Positions 46,644-56,161 of a stretch of DNA of 64,000 nucleotides are shown piece after piece. Source of the stretch: an uncultured Eubacteriales bacterium (GTDB lineage Bacteria > Bacillota > Clostridia > Peptostreptococcales > Anaerovoracaceae); assembly GCA_900318105.1 (NCBI GenBank), contig ONJG01000013.1, positions 5,089 through 69,088 on the forward strand, given 5' to 3'. Numbering within the stretch: position 1 is the first letter of the stretch; every line of letters begins with the position of its first letter. Made by a program: the position numbers and the translations under genes. A model generated the notes under the pieces. The model was not told the origin of the DNA. It was given only the letters and a program-made list of their open reading frames with translations, and did not search any database.

Positions 46644-48824
46644 TTAATTTGCAAGCTTTTTGTCTTTTCCCTTGGGTTCCGTGCCCTTGGTGTAGTACTC
46701 ACCGTTCTTCTTGATGACATTTTCGGGCATTTGTCTGTAAGACCCGTCTCTTACTCCGTCCACTTGGCTCATTATCGTGCTCCATAGGGATGCAGCAGCA
46801 GAAGATCCTTCAAACATGCTTACATTTTCATCTGTTCCCACCCAGAGTGCAGCGGAATACTTCGGGGTAAAGCCGTTAAACCATATATCGTAGTTGTCGT
46901 TTGTCGTTCCGGTTTTTCCTCCTACGGAAACTCCGCTTATCTTAGCATTGCTGCCCAGTCCGTCGCTTACCACCGTCCTGAGGATGTCGGTCATTATCCA
47001 TGCCACTCCCTCATCGAGCACCCTGACTTCCTCGGGTTTGCCGTCCAGTATTACCTCTCCGTCGCTGTTTTCAACTTTTGTATAGCAGACAGGAGAATAC
47101 CTTACACCGCCGTTCGGAAAAGTCGCATATGCCAGTGACATCTCAAGCGGCGTGACTCCCTCCGTCATGGCGCCGAGAGCCAGTGCGGCGAGGTTGACAT
47201 CGTTGTACGGCTCGCTTGTGTCGCTGACGGCGGTCGTGATTCCGAATTTCTGAACCATTTCCATGGAATAATCTATCCCTATCTGCGTAAGGATCTTTAC
47301 GGCACAGGTATTAATGGACAATTCGAGCGCTCTTCTGAACGTCTTCTTTCCGGTAAACGATCTGCTCGCGTTAAGCGGCCAGGTCTTTCCGTTTATCTTA
47401 AGCGGCTCATCGGTGACATTGGAACCTGCAGTCAGATAGTCGCCGTATCCCTTTGCGCCCTGTTTGTCTATTTTCTTATCAACAAATTTAAACTTCTGGT
47501 TGTTGGCAGCATATTCCAGGCTCTTCTGGAGTGCCGGAGCATATACCGAAACAGGTTTTATGGATGATCCCGGCTGCCTCGGACTCGTAGCTCTGTTAAA
47601 GAGCATCTGCCCTTTGTTTTTCCTGCCTCCGACCATCGCTTTGACATGTCCGGTCTCGACCTCGCTGATTACCATAGCGGCTTCGACATTTTCATCGCCC
47701 GCTGCGCCCGGGAAGTTCGAATCATCCTTGAATTCGTTTGTAATCAAGCTCTGAGTCTTGGTATCCAGGGTCGAATAGATTCTGAGGCCTTTTGTATATA
47801 CCCAGCTTTCGGCCTGTTCCGCAGTCAGATTGTATGCCTCCATGAGGTCCTTCTGGACTGTCTCTATCAGATAATCTTTGAATGACGATCTTGATGCTTC
47901 GGTTTCCTTGCCAGGCTCAATGAATTCCGTTGCCGGCATTTTTGCTGCTTTGGCTTCTTCGGCTGTTATCATGCCCTGCTCTGCCATGAGGTCCAGGACC
48001 ATATTCCTTCTATCTTCGGATATGTCATTTACGTACAGATCCTTTGAGAGCTCGGTTGTTCTCTCTCCTTCCTCGTTTACAAGAAGCGCATATTCGCCGG
48101 GCGCCTGCGGGAGAGCCGCAAGTGCGGCGCACTGCTCAAGAGACAGGTCCTCCACCTCTTTTGAAAAATAAACCCTTGATGCCGTATCAACACCATAGCA
48201 GCTGTATCCCAGATATATGGTGTTGAGATATGCGGTCAGAATCTCTTCCTTGCTGAGCACCTGCTCTATTTCATAAGCATAGTACATCTCAGTGACTTTA
48301 CGTTCTATGGACCTTATTTCCTTTTCCTCGGGGAGGAATATATTCCTGGCCAGCTGCTGAGTGATGGTGCTCGTGCCGCTTATGCGTCCCCCGTGCACGG
48401 CATCCAGAATGGCTCCGAATATCCTCCTGAAGTTAAATCCGCTGTGCTCCCAGAATGTTTTGTCTTCGACGGCTACAAAAGCATTCTTGAGATTATCCGG
48501 AAGCTGCTCGTATGTTACGATTCTTCTGTTCTCGTTGTAATATATCTCATCCAGGAGCCTGCCCCGGTCATCGTATATCTGTGTGCTGAGTTCGAGCGTG
48601 TCATATATTTTTGTTGGGTCAATCGGGTCCGCATTCCTTATAATCTCCCTGCCGTACCACGCAGCCCCGCCTACGGCAGCAAGCGAACCGAATATAATCA
48701 CAAATAAAATAGTAAGAAAGAATGCCTTGATGAAAGGATGTTTCTTCCTTGCTCTCTTTTTCTTCCGCGGCGATATCCCCGCTTTGTGATTTGCTTTCCT
48801 CTTTTTAGCCATATGTATATTCAA
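46644..48824 (-). CDS. class A penicillin-binding protein (PBP1A family transglycosylase/transpeptidase)
   Basis: 726-aa ORF with a basic N-terminus and a TM helix. It has the glycosyltransferase motif EDKTFWEHSGF and the transpeptidase motifs SSIKP and KTGTT. Confidence 0.92.
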   Translation of the reverse strand: MNIHMAKKRKANHKAGISPRKKKRARKKHPFIKAFFLTILFVIIFGSLAAVGGAAWYGREIIRNADPIDPTKIYDTLELSTQIYDDRGRLLDEIYYNENRRIVTYEQLPDNLKNAFVAVEDKTFWEHSGFNFRRIFGAILDAVHGGRISGTSTITQQLARNIFLPEEKEIRSIERKVTEMYYAYEIEQVLSKEEILTAYLNTIYLGYSCYGVDTASRVYFSKEVEDLSLEQCAALAALPQAPGEYALLVNEEGERTTELSKDLYVNDISEDRRNMVLDLMAEQGMITAEEAKAAKMPATEFIEPGKETEASRSSFKDYLIETVQKDLMEAYNLTAEQAESWVYTKGLRIYSTLDTKTQSLITNEFKDDSNFPGAAGDENVEAAMVISEVETGHVKAMVGGRKNKGQMLFNRATSPRQPGSSIKPVSVYAPALQKSLEYAANNQKFKFVDKKIDKQGAKGYGDYLTAGSNVTDEPLKINGKTWPLNASRSFTGKKTFRRALELSINTCAVKILTQIGIDYSMEMVQKFGITTAVSDTSEPYNDVNLAALALGAMTEGVTPLEMSLAYATFPNGGVRYSPVCYTKVENSDGEVILDGKPEEVRVLDEGVAWIMTDILRTVVSDGLGSNAKISGVSVGGKTGTTNDNYDIWFNGFTPKYSAALWVGTDENVSMFEGSSAAASLWSTIMSQVDGVRDGSYRQMPENVIKKNGEYYTKGTEPKGKDKKLAN

Positions 48825-48844
48825 ACGCGCATATATACGCGCAC

Positions 48845-48872
48845 AAAAAACTCCGGAGACATTGCTCCGAAG
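48845..48872 (-). terminator. rho-independent terminator after the metal ATPase gene
   Basis: The minus-strand RNA reads cuucggag caaugu cuccggag, followed by UUUUUU. Confidence 0.65.
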
Positions 48873-48926
48873 CGATTATAACACAATATCTAGAACATTT
48901 GGCGCAAAGAGCCACAATATTTTCCG

Positions 48927-50903
48927 TTAATTCTGCACTTTTAGCTGTTCATTATCCTTTATGAGCATCCTCATGGAATTGAGAATACATATGACTGCAA
49001 CACCAACATCCGCAAATACGGCAACCCACATATTGGCTATGCCTGCAGCACCGAGTATGAGGCAGGCGAACTTCACAAAGAGCGCAAATACTATATTCAT
49101 CCTGGAAATGCCTATTGTCCTGGATGCAATTTTCATTACCTTTGGAATTCTGGTCAGATTATCATCCATAATGACCACGTCCGCTGCTTCTATCGCGGCA
49201 TCGGAGCCAAGAGATCCCATGGCTATTCCGACATCGGCGATGGACAGAACCGGAGCATCGTTTATTCCGTCTCCTATAAATGCGAGTTTGCCCTTTCCTT
49301 TTGTCGATGCCTTTATCACAGAGAGCATCTCCTCAGCAACATTTACTTTGTCCTGTGGCAGCAGCTCCGCTCTGTAGTCTGTGATGCCAAGTTCTGATGC
49401 AACGGATGAGGCCACGCTCTCAGAGTCTCCTGTGAGCATCACGACGTGCTTTACTCCTGCTTTGAGCATGGCTGAGATAGCTTCTTTTGCATTGGCTTTG
49501 GGCTTATCCGATACGACAATCGTGCCAATGTATTTGCCGTTCCTGGCCACATAGCAATGCGTGCCCGCTGCATCGGCCAAAGTATCCTCTGTCTCTATGC
49601 CCTGCTCTTCCAGGTAGGATTTTTTACCCACGATAATCTCATCCCTGCCTACTATGGCCTTGACTCCGCCTCCTGCCTGAACCTGCGTATCCTTAATTTT
49701 TGAAGGCGGATATGGTTTTTTGCATGCTTCGGTTATGGCAGATGCTATAGGATGTGTGGAGCCAGACTCTGCAGCCGCAGCGTACCTTATGAGCTCGTCA
49801 GTGTCCATTTCCCCGGCAGCTTCCATGTAGCTTACACTGAATTTACCCTCTGTGAGAGTTCCTGTCTTGTCGGTGACTATTGTGTCGAGCATGGACATCT
49901 GCTCAAGGAAATTTGAGCCCTTTACAAGGACGCCTTCCTTTGATGCAGCTCCTATCCCTCCGAAAAATGCAAGCGGAACCGATATCACAAGGGCGCACGG
50001 GCATGAGATTACAAGGAATGTGCATGCTCTCAGCAGCCATTTTGAGAATTCTGCCGTAAAGTTTCCGGATATGAGCGGCGGTATAAATGCGAGAGCCACA
50101 GCAGCAATTACGACAATTGGTGTGTAATATTTTGCAAATCTCGTGATAAAGCTCTCGGTTTCGGATTTCCTCGAAGCTGCATTTTCGACAAGCTCGAGTA
50201 TCTGCATTACGGTTGAGTCGTCATACTCTTTGACAGCCTGAACCTTGAGGAGCGTGTCACCGTTTATGCATCCCGATATCACGCTTTCTCCTTCTTTCAC
50301 CTCTCTCGGAACGGATTCTCCGGTCAGGGCCGCAGTGTTTATAAGCCCGTGCCCTTCGACAACAAGAGCATCCGTCGGTATCCTCTCACCGGGTTTTACG
50401 ATGAGGATGTCGCCGACTTCTATATCATCGGGTTCTATTACTTCAGTGCTGCCGTCCTCGTTTTCCCTGTTCGCGAATTCCGGTGCTATGTCCATAAGAT
50501 CCGAAATTGCACCTCTGGATTTACCGACAGCGTAGCTCTGAAAGAACTCACCCACCTGATAGAAGAGCATAACGGCGACGGCTTCCTCAAACTCTCCGCA
50601 GCCGAATGCTCCGACCGTGGCAAGTGTCATTAGAAAACTCTCATCAAAAAGCTGTTTGTTCTTAATCCCGATAAAGCACTTGCGAATGACATCGTGACCC
50701 ACGATGAAATACGGAACAAGATATAAAAGCTTGATTGCAATCCCTGCATAAAGAGCAGGCGAAGCTGGCGCGCTCCCGGGTCCCTCCGCTGTTTCTAAAG
50801 GCGGGAGTAAGAGGTGCTCCGCTGCCAGAAGCAGCGCAAACATCACCAGCGCAATTATGATTCTTTTTAATTCTATTTTTTGTTTTTCTGTTAATTGATT
50901 CAT
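48927..50903 (-). CDS. cadA: heavy-metal (Cd/Zn/Co-type) translocating P1B-type ATPase
   Basis: 658-aa ORF with SCPCALVIS in a TM helix, the phosphorylation site DKTGTLT, GDGINDAP and HP motifs. It has no fused N-terminal HMA domain. Confidence 0.9.
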   Translation of the reverse strand: MNQLTEKQKIELKRIIIALVMFALLLAAEHLLLPPLETAEGPGSAPASPALYAGIAIKLLYLVPYFIVGHDVIRKCFIGIKNKQLFDESFLMTLATVGAFGCGEFEEAVAVMLFYQVGEFFQSYAVGKSRGAISDLMDIAPEFANRENEDGSTEVIEPDDIEVGDILIVKPGERIPTDALVVEGHGLINTAALTGESVPREVKEGESVISGCINGDTLLKVQAVKEYDDSTVMQILELVENAASRKSETESFITRFAKYYTPIVVIAAVALAFIPPLISGNFTAEFSKWLLRACTFLVISCPCALVISVPLAFFGGIGAASKEGVLVKGSNFLEQMSMLDTIVTDKTGTLTEGKFSVSYMEAAGEMDTDELIRYAAAAESGSTHPIASAITEACKKPYPPSKIKDTQVQAGGGVKAIVGRDEIIVGKKSYLEEQGIETEDTLADAAGTHCYVARNGKYIGTIVVSDKPKANAKEAISAMLKAGVKHVVMLTGDSESVASSVASELGITDYRAELLPQDKVNVAEEMLSVIKASTKGKGKLAFIGDGINDAPVLSIADVGIAMGSLGSDAAIEAADVVIMDDNLTRIPKVMKIASRTIGISRMNIVFALFVKFACLILGAAGIANMWVAVFADVGVAVICILNSMRMLIKDNEQLKVQN

Positions 50904-50907
50904 ATAA

Positions 50908-51126
50908 TTAAAGCACTACGCGGCAATCCGGCTCAACTTTTGCGATGCACTTCACCGCTTCCTGAACGATTTCTTCAAATCTTGCATCATCTGCATCAAT
51001 CATCATCTTTTGTGTCATAAAGCTTACCGATGCATCGTTTACTCCATCAATATTCTTTATGGCCTCTTCCATCTTTGCAGCGCAGTTTGCACAATCGAGA
51101 TCCTGCAGTTTAAACTTCTTTTTCAT
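50908..51126 (-). CDS. stand-alone heavy-metal-associated (HMA) domain protein
   Basis: The sequence MKKKFKLQDLDCANCAAKMEEAI carries a CxxC metal site. The ATG at 51126 has AAGGAGG upstream. It is in a different frame from the ATPase, 4 nt upstream of it. Confidence 0.8.
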   Translation of the reverse strand: MKKKFKLQDLDCANCAAKMEEAIKNIDGVNDASVSFMTQKMMIDADDARFEEIVQEAVKCIAKVEPDCRVVL

Positions 51127-51139
51127 TGTAGCTTCCTCC

Positions 51140-51454
51140 TTATTCCTCAATATGTTCTTTGCCCATGGCGATAATCGTCTTTACGTGTTCGTCATCAAGC
51201 GAATAATAGATGGCTTTGCCGTCTCTTCTGCTCTTTACGAGTTTGCCGGCCTTTAGCGCCCTGAGCTGATGCGATACGGCAGACTGATTCATCTCAATAT
51301 CTTCACAGATTTCAGTCACGTTATTTTCTCCGTCAAAGAGATCATAGAGAATCTTGATGCGTGTAGAGTCTGCAAACATCTTGAAGAGATCCGCCAGATC
51401 AAGCAAATCCTCCTCGCTCATTCCTTTCAGTTTGTAATCATCGCTTGATTTCAT
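51140..51454 (-). CDS. ArsR/SmtB-family metal-sensing repressor (alpha5-site type)
   Basis: 104-aa ORF with the HTH segment STRIKILYDL...QSAVSHQLRALKAGKLV. The C-terminal DDEHVKTIIAMGKEHIEE fits a D-x-H-x10-H-x2-E site. Confidence 0.88.
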   Translation of the reverse strand: MKSSDDYKLKGMSEEDLLDLADLFKMFADSTRIKILYDLFDGENNVTEICEDIEMNQSAVSHQLRALKAGKLVKSRRDGKAIYYSLDDEHVKTIIAMGKEHIEE

Positions 51455-51484
51455 ATTTACCTCCGCGTTTTACATAAAAGCAAA

Positions 51485-51528
51485 GAACATATGATGATAC
51501 ATTCATATGAATATATTAGCATATGTTC
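51485..51528. promoter_or_regulatory. nested inverted repeats, candidate ArsR/SmtB operator
   Basis: The outer arms are gaacatatg (51485-51493) and catatgttc (51520-51528). The inner perfect 12-bp palindrome is attcatatgaat (51501-51512), a TGAAT/ATTCA-type half-site pair. Confidence 0.5.
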
Positions 51529-51540
51529 ATTAAAAGTCAA
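51513..51540 (-). promoter_or_regulatory. sigma-A-type promoter of the metal-resistance operon
   Basis: On the minus strand: TTGACT (51535-51540), a 16-nt spacer, then TAATAT (51513-51518). The palindromes cover the spacer and the predicted start site. Confidence 0.55.
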
Positions 51541-51575
51541 TATTGAGTTTTAATTATTCAGCGAAACCGTCTGAT

Positions 51576-54500
51576 CTATGCGATGTCGAATATTGTCATC
51601 TGCGCAGATTCGGGCAGTCCCGCAAAAAGGCCGTGACGCTTCAGGTCTTCAATATTGGTCGCGGACAGCCTGGTGCGTGACCTTACATCATCAAGCGTGT
51701 TGAATACCTTTTCCGAATATGCTTTGGTCAGGGATTCGGCGGCCGTATCACCTATTCCGCTTATGGCATTGAACGGAAGCATTACCTTTCCATCCACGAC
51801 CGAGAATTTGCACGCCTCGGCAACGCCGAGTACAGGTTCTGCAAACTCAATGCCCCTCGAAAGCGCTTCGTACATTACCTCGTATACCGTAAGCTGTTCT
51901 TTTTCCTTGGCTGTTGCGGTATTTCCGAGCCTTTGAAGCTCATCCATCCTGCGCTCCACATCGGCCATGCTCTTTCCGGCTATTTCAGCATCGAAGTTAT
52001 CCACCTTGGATGTAAACCAGGCCGCATAAAAGGCCTCCGGGTAATATACCTTAAACCAGGCCATGCGGATTGACATCATTACATAGGCCGCAGCGTGGGC
52101 ACGCGGGAACATGTACTTCAAGGTTTCGCACGACCAGATATACCAGTCCGGAACTCCGTGGTCCTTCATCAGAGCCAGCTGCTCATCGCTGAGCTTTTTA
52201 TTCTTACGGACTATCTCCATTATCTTGAAGGCATCCGCGTTCTCAAGGCCCTTGCTGATAAGGAATGTCATGATATCGTCACGACAGGATATTACCTCGC
52301 TTATGGTCGCGGTTTTGTTTCTGATCAAATCCTGCGCGTTGTTGGTCCATACATCGGTGCCGTGCGAGAATCCCGACATCTTGATAAGAGCCTCAACCGT
52401 ATCGGGTTTAATATCATCCAGCATCTGCCTGGTGAAATTGGTTCCGAATTCCGGAATCGCATAGGTTCCGTGCGTAAACCTGTAATCCTCGTTTTTTATG
52501 TGAAGTTCATCGAGCGATGTAAATATGCTTAATGTCTTAGGGTCATCCAGCGGAATGCTCATTGGTTCCACGCCCGTCATCACCTGCAGATGCCTTATCA
52601 TCTGAGGAACATCATGCCCCAGTATGTCGAGTTTCAGCAGGTTTGATTCTATCTTGTGATAATCAAAATGGGTCGTTATTACATCGGTGTCCCTTTTGTT
52701 AGCCGGCTTTTGAATCGGGCAGAACTCGAATATCTCATGGTCGTCCGGAACAACGATAATTCCGCCCGGATGCTGTCCCGTCGTTCTCTTTACTCCGGTG
52801 CAGCCTTTGACCAGGTAGTCAATGTCATATTTGCTGGCTTTGATGTGATTGTCCTCTACGTAGTGTTTAACGTAGCCGAAAGCGGTTTTGTCTGCGATTG
52901 TCGCTACCGTGCCGGCCTTGAATACATTCTTGTCTCCGAAAATCTCACCTACATATCTGTGAGCAATCGGCTGGTATTCGCCTGCAAAGTTAAGGTCGAT
53001 ATCCGGTTCTTTGTTTCCTGTAAATCCGAGGAAGGTGGCAAACGGTATATTAAGGCCTTCCTTTTTCATTCTGGCGCCGCACTTCGGACAGCTCTTTTCG
53101 GGCATGTCGTAGCCTGTATCGTAGTTCAGTCCGAGCTCCGTCTGAGGTATATATGTCTTGCACTCGGGGCATATGTAATGAGGCGGAAGAGGATTTACCT
53201 CTGTGATGCCCGCCATGGTGGCTGCAAACGAAGAACCCACAGATCCCCTGGATCCTACCAGATATCCGTCCGACAGCGACTTTTCAACGAGCATTTTGGC
53301 GGCTATGTACATCACGGCATAGCCGTTTGAAATAATCGAGTTAAGCTCCACCTCGAGCCTCTCCTCCACATCTTTGGGAAGAGGATCTCCGTATATGGAC
53401 CTCGCCTTTTCATAGCAGCTCTCTCTTAGCTTTGTCTCAGAGCCCTCGATCTTGGGCGGGAACTTTCCGTCGGGAATAGGTTTAACATCCTCTATCACAG
53501 CGGCTATCCTGTTCGTATTTGTAATTACTATCTCTTCGGCCCTGTCACCGAGATATGAGAATTCTTCCATCATCTCATCGGTCGTTCTGAGATAGAGAGA
53601 GTCTGACGGAGTGTCCCTGAATCCTATGCCCTGCATTATGATGTTTCTGTAGATGGAGGATTCCTGATTGGGATAGTGAGCGTCCGTTGTTGCTACCGTG
53701 AGCTTGCCCAGTTTGTCTGCAATTTCAACAACCTTAAGGTTGTTTGCAATAAGTTCGTTATCGTCAGTCGCCCTTCCTTCTTCGATCAGGAAGCGGTTAT
53801 TTCCGAGAGGCTGTATCTCAAGATAATCGTAAAAGCTCGCTATTTCAATGAGTTCATCATCGCTCTTTCCCTCTATCACAGCCTGATAGAACTCTCCCGC
53901 CTCGCAGGCGGATCCTATGATGAGACCCTCTCTGTGAGCCTCGAGCACCGAGCGCGGAATCCTCGGTCTTTTGTAGAAATAGTCTATATGCGACAGGCTG
54001 ACAAGTTTATATATATTCTTGAGCCCTGTCTGGTTTTTGGCCAGGATGATTATGTGATACGTCCTGTTCTTCTTTATATCTATGCTGCCGTCATCAAGAA
54101 TGGCATTTTCATCAGGATAGAGGTAGCCTTCCAGGCCGTATATAACCTTGATGTCCCTGCCGCGCCCGGCCTGACGTGCGGCTTCTGCAGCCGCATCGGG
54201 AAATGCCTGCACAACTCCGTGGTCCGTGATTGCAACAGCAGGCTGGCCCCAGTGTGCAGCTGTCCTCACTATATCCGCAGCCTCGTTAAAGCCGTCATTG
54301 TCGCTCATTTTGGTGTGGCAGTGAAGCTCCACCCTCCTGCCGTTCTGATACTTATCCTCCCTGATGGTCTTTTCTGTTTTCTTGAGAGAATTGACCATCA
54401 TCACGTTTTCATGCTCATAAGTATCGTATTCAATGGAGCCTCTGGCTTTTATCATGTCTCCTTCTCCGAGGTTCTCATCGATTTCACTCATTTTGTTCTG

Positions 54501-55076
54501 AGATACAAAGCTCTTGATGCAGAGCGTCTTAGCCTTGTTTGCAACAAAAATACTGACCAGAACACGGCCGCTCTTGATGGGGATGGAATCCATTTTGAAT
54601 ATCTCTCCCTCTATTACGGCCTTGTCACTTGTACCGACAAAGCCTTCGAGTTCGCCATAATCCGCCGCTTCTCCGCTGAAATCGGCACCGAGTATGACGA
54701 GTTCTCCTGCGGAATTTGTAAATGCGGGTTTATCGGCATCGCGTTTTCTGTATGGTCTTCCTCCGTTGTAGCCTCCGTTGCTTCCGTTTTGCTCATGCTC
54801 TGCATTATCAAAGACTTTTATCCCCGTGTAGGCATAGTTAAAGCTGATGCGCTTTGCGGCTCCTATGCGCGCCATAATGCGCTCTTTCATGATATTCTCT
54901 GTTCTTTTTGGCATCACAAAATTGAGCTTGGTGTCTACTCTTATCACCAGGCCCGATTTGTCCGCGGACTCCTTCACCGAGATATTGGTTATCTCGATGT
55001 CGATGTCCTGCTCGGATTTGCCGCTTGCCTCTGTAAGCTCGGCAATTGTGAGAATCTCAGCAGGTATTTTTATCAC
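51576..55076 (-). CDS. polC: PolC-type DNA polymerase III alpha subunit lacking the 3'-5' exonuclease domain
   Basis: 1166-aa ORF with a GTG start overlapping the ispG stop (GTGA). It has an OB domain, PHP motifs (VELHCHTKMS, ITDHGVVQAFP), the PolC zinc module (CPECK...CPKCG) and palm motifs (PDIDLNF, GVKRTTGQHPGG). Only about 25 residues lie where the DnaQ-like domain normally sits. Confidence 0.9.
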   Translation of the reverse strand: MIKIPAEILTIAELTEASGKSEQDIDIEITNISVKESADKSGLVIRVDTKLNFVMPKRTENIMKERIMARIGAAKRISFNYAYTGIKVFDNAEHEQNGSNGGYNGGRPYRKRDADKPAFTNSAGELVILGADFSGEAADYGELEGFVGTSDKAVIEGEIFKMDSIPIKSGRVLVSIFVANKAKTLCIKSFVSQNKMSEIDENLGEGDMIKARGSIEYDTYEHENVMMVNSLKKTEKTIREDKYQNGRRVELHCHTKMSDNDGFNEAADIVRTAAHWGQPAVAITDHGVVQAFPDAAAEAARQAGRGRDIKVIYGLEGYLYPDENAILDDGSIDIKKNRTYHIIILAKNQTGLKNIYKLVSLSHIDYFYKRPRIPRSVLEAHREGLIIGSACEAGEFYQAVIEGKSDDELIEIASFYDYLEIQPLGNNRFLIEEGRATDDNELIANNLKVVEIADKLGKLTVATTDAHYPNQESSIYRNIIMQGIGFRDTPSDSLYLRTTDEMMEEFSYLGDRAEEIVITNTNRIAAVIEDVKPIPDGKFPPKIEGSETKLRESCYEKARSIYGDPLPKDVEERLEVELNSIISNGYAVMYIAAKMLVEKSLSDGYLVGSRGSVGSSFAATMAGITEVNPLPPHYICPECKTYIPQTELGLNYDTGYDMPEKSCPKCGARMKKEGLNIPFATFLGFTGNKEPDIDLNFAGEYQPIAHRYVGEIFGDKNVFKAGTVATIADKTAFGYVKHYVEDNHIKASKYDIDYLVKGCTGVKRTTGQHPGGIIVVPDDHEIFEFCPIQKPANKRDTDVITTHFDYHKIESNLLKLDILGHDVPQMIRHLQVMTGVEPMSIPLDDPKTLSIFTSLDELHIKNEDYRFTHGTYAIPEFGTNFTRQMLDDIKPDTVEALIKMSGFSHGTDVWTNNAQDLIRNKTATISEVISCRDDIMTFLISKGLENADAFKIMEIVRKNKKLSDEQLALMKDHGVPDWYIWSCETLKYMFPRAHAAAYVMMSIRMAWFKVYYPEAFYAAWFTSKVDNFDAEIAGKSMADVERRMDELQRLGNTATAKEKEQLTVYEVMYEALSRGIEFAEPVLGVAEACKFSVVDGKVMLPFNAISGIGDTAAESLTKAYSEKVFNTLDDVRSRTRLSATNIEDLKRHGLFAGLPESAQMTIFDIA

Positions 55077-56158
55077 TTTGAATTATCGGCCTCCACAAGC
55101 TCTATCAGTCTGTCAACAAGTGCATCCTCGCTCACTTTCTCAATTATCTCACCGTGCGAGAACACCAGCCCTTCGCCGCGTCCTCCGGCGATTCCGTAGT
55201 CGGCTTCCCTGCTCTCACCGGGGCCGTTTACCGCACATCCCATAACTGCTATCTTAAGCGGTCTGAGTCCTCTGTCGGCCCTTGCGGCAGCTATAGGCAC
55301 CAGTCTGTCTTCGGCTTCATTTGCCAGCCCGATCAGATCTATCTCGGTCCTTCCGCAGGTCGGGCATGAAACGACCTCAATGGCCTTTTCTCTCAGGCCG
55401 ACGGTCTCAAGTATGCGTCTTGCAAAGAGCACTTCCTTAACCGGATCGTCTGTGAGTGATACTCTCATGGTATCTCCTATGCCGGCAAGAAGGAGTGAAC
55501 CTATTCCGACGGCGGATTTGAGTTCTCCGTTCCTGGGCGTTCCCGACTCGGTAATTCCTATATGAATGGGCTTGTCAGTGAGCTCTCTCAGCCTCATGTG
55601 TGCATCGTAATTCATCTTTACATCGGATGATTTAATGGATACCACGAGCTGATCGTAGCCGAGCTCCTCGATTATGCCCAGCATCCCGGCGCCGCTTTCG
55701 GCGAGCCCGTCAGCAGTCACGCCGCCGTATTTCTCAAGAATATCCTTTTGAAGAGAGCCTGAGTTTACTCCGACCCTGATGGGAATATTCCTCTCCCTGG
55801 CTTTTTCTACGACCGCCTTTACTCTGTCCATGCTGCCGATATTACCGGGATTGATTCTTATCTTGTCTGCCCCGTTTTCAATCGCGGCTATGGCAAGTCT
55901 GTAATCAAAGTGGATATCCGCAACAAGAGGAACCTTTACCTGCTTTTTTGCGCGCCCCAGTGACTCTGCAGCCTCCATATCCGGAATGGCAGCCCTCACT
56001 ATCTCGCAGCCGGCATCCGAAAGTTCCTTTATCTGCCTTACCAGGGCATCGGTATCCCTTGTGTCCACATTGGTCATCGACTGAATGGATACTGGAGCGC
56101 CTCCTCCGATGAGTACGCCTCCACAATTAACTTGTACTGTATTTCTTATTTTGCTCAT
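55073..56158 (-). CDS. ispG: 4-hydroxy-3-methylbut-2-enyl diphosphate synthase
   Basis: 361-aa ORF with a TIM-barrel domain and a 4Fe-4S domain (SCPTCGRT...GCAVNGPGE). Confidence 0.96.
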   Translation of the reverse strand: MSKIRNTVQVNCGGVLIGGGAPVSIQSMTNVDTRDTDALVRQIKELSDAGCEIVRAAIPDMEAAESLGRAKKQVKVPLVADIHFDYRLAIAAIENGADKIRINPGNIGSMDRVKAVVEKARERNIPIRVGVNSGSLQKDILEKYGGVTADGLAESGAGMLGIIEELGYDQLVVSIKSSDVKMNYDAHMRLRELTDKPIHIGITESGTPRNGELKSAVGIGSLLLAGIGDTMRVSLTDDPVKEVLFARRILETVGLREKAIEVVSCPTCGRTEIDLIGLANEAEDRLVPIAAARADRGLRPLKIAVMGCAVNGPGESREADYGIAGGRGEGLVFSHGEIIEKVSEDALVDRLIELVEADNSK

Positions 56159-56161
56159 TTC

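Noticed and set aside
50903-51126. The HMA gene and the ATPase as a single gene split by a frameshift (pseudogene).
   Set aside because: The HMA ORF ends in a clean TAA. The ATPase has its own ATG 4 nt later in another frame, and both products look complete. Stand-alone HMA chaperones are common. A fission event cannot be fully excluded without homolog comparison.
53676-55199. A 507-aa plus-strand ORF antisense to polC and ispG.
   Set aside because: It lies entirely within two well-supported minus-strand genes. Its composition is Cys/Phe/Ile/Val-rich with no recognisable motifs, and it has no RBS or promoter context. Long antisense ORFs like this are expected by chance opposite long genes.
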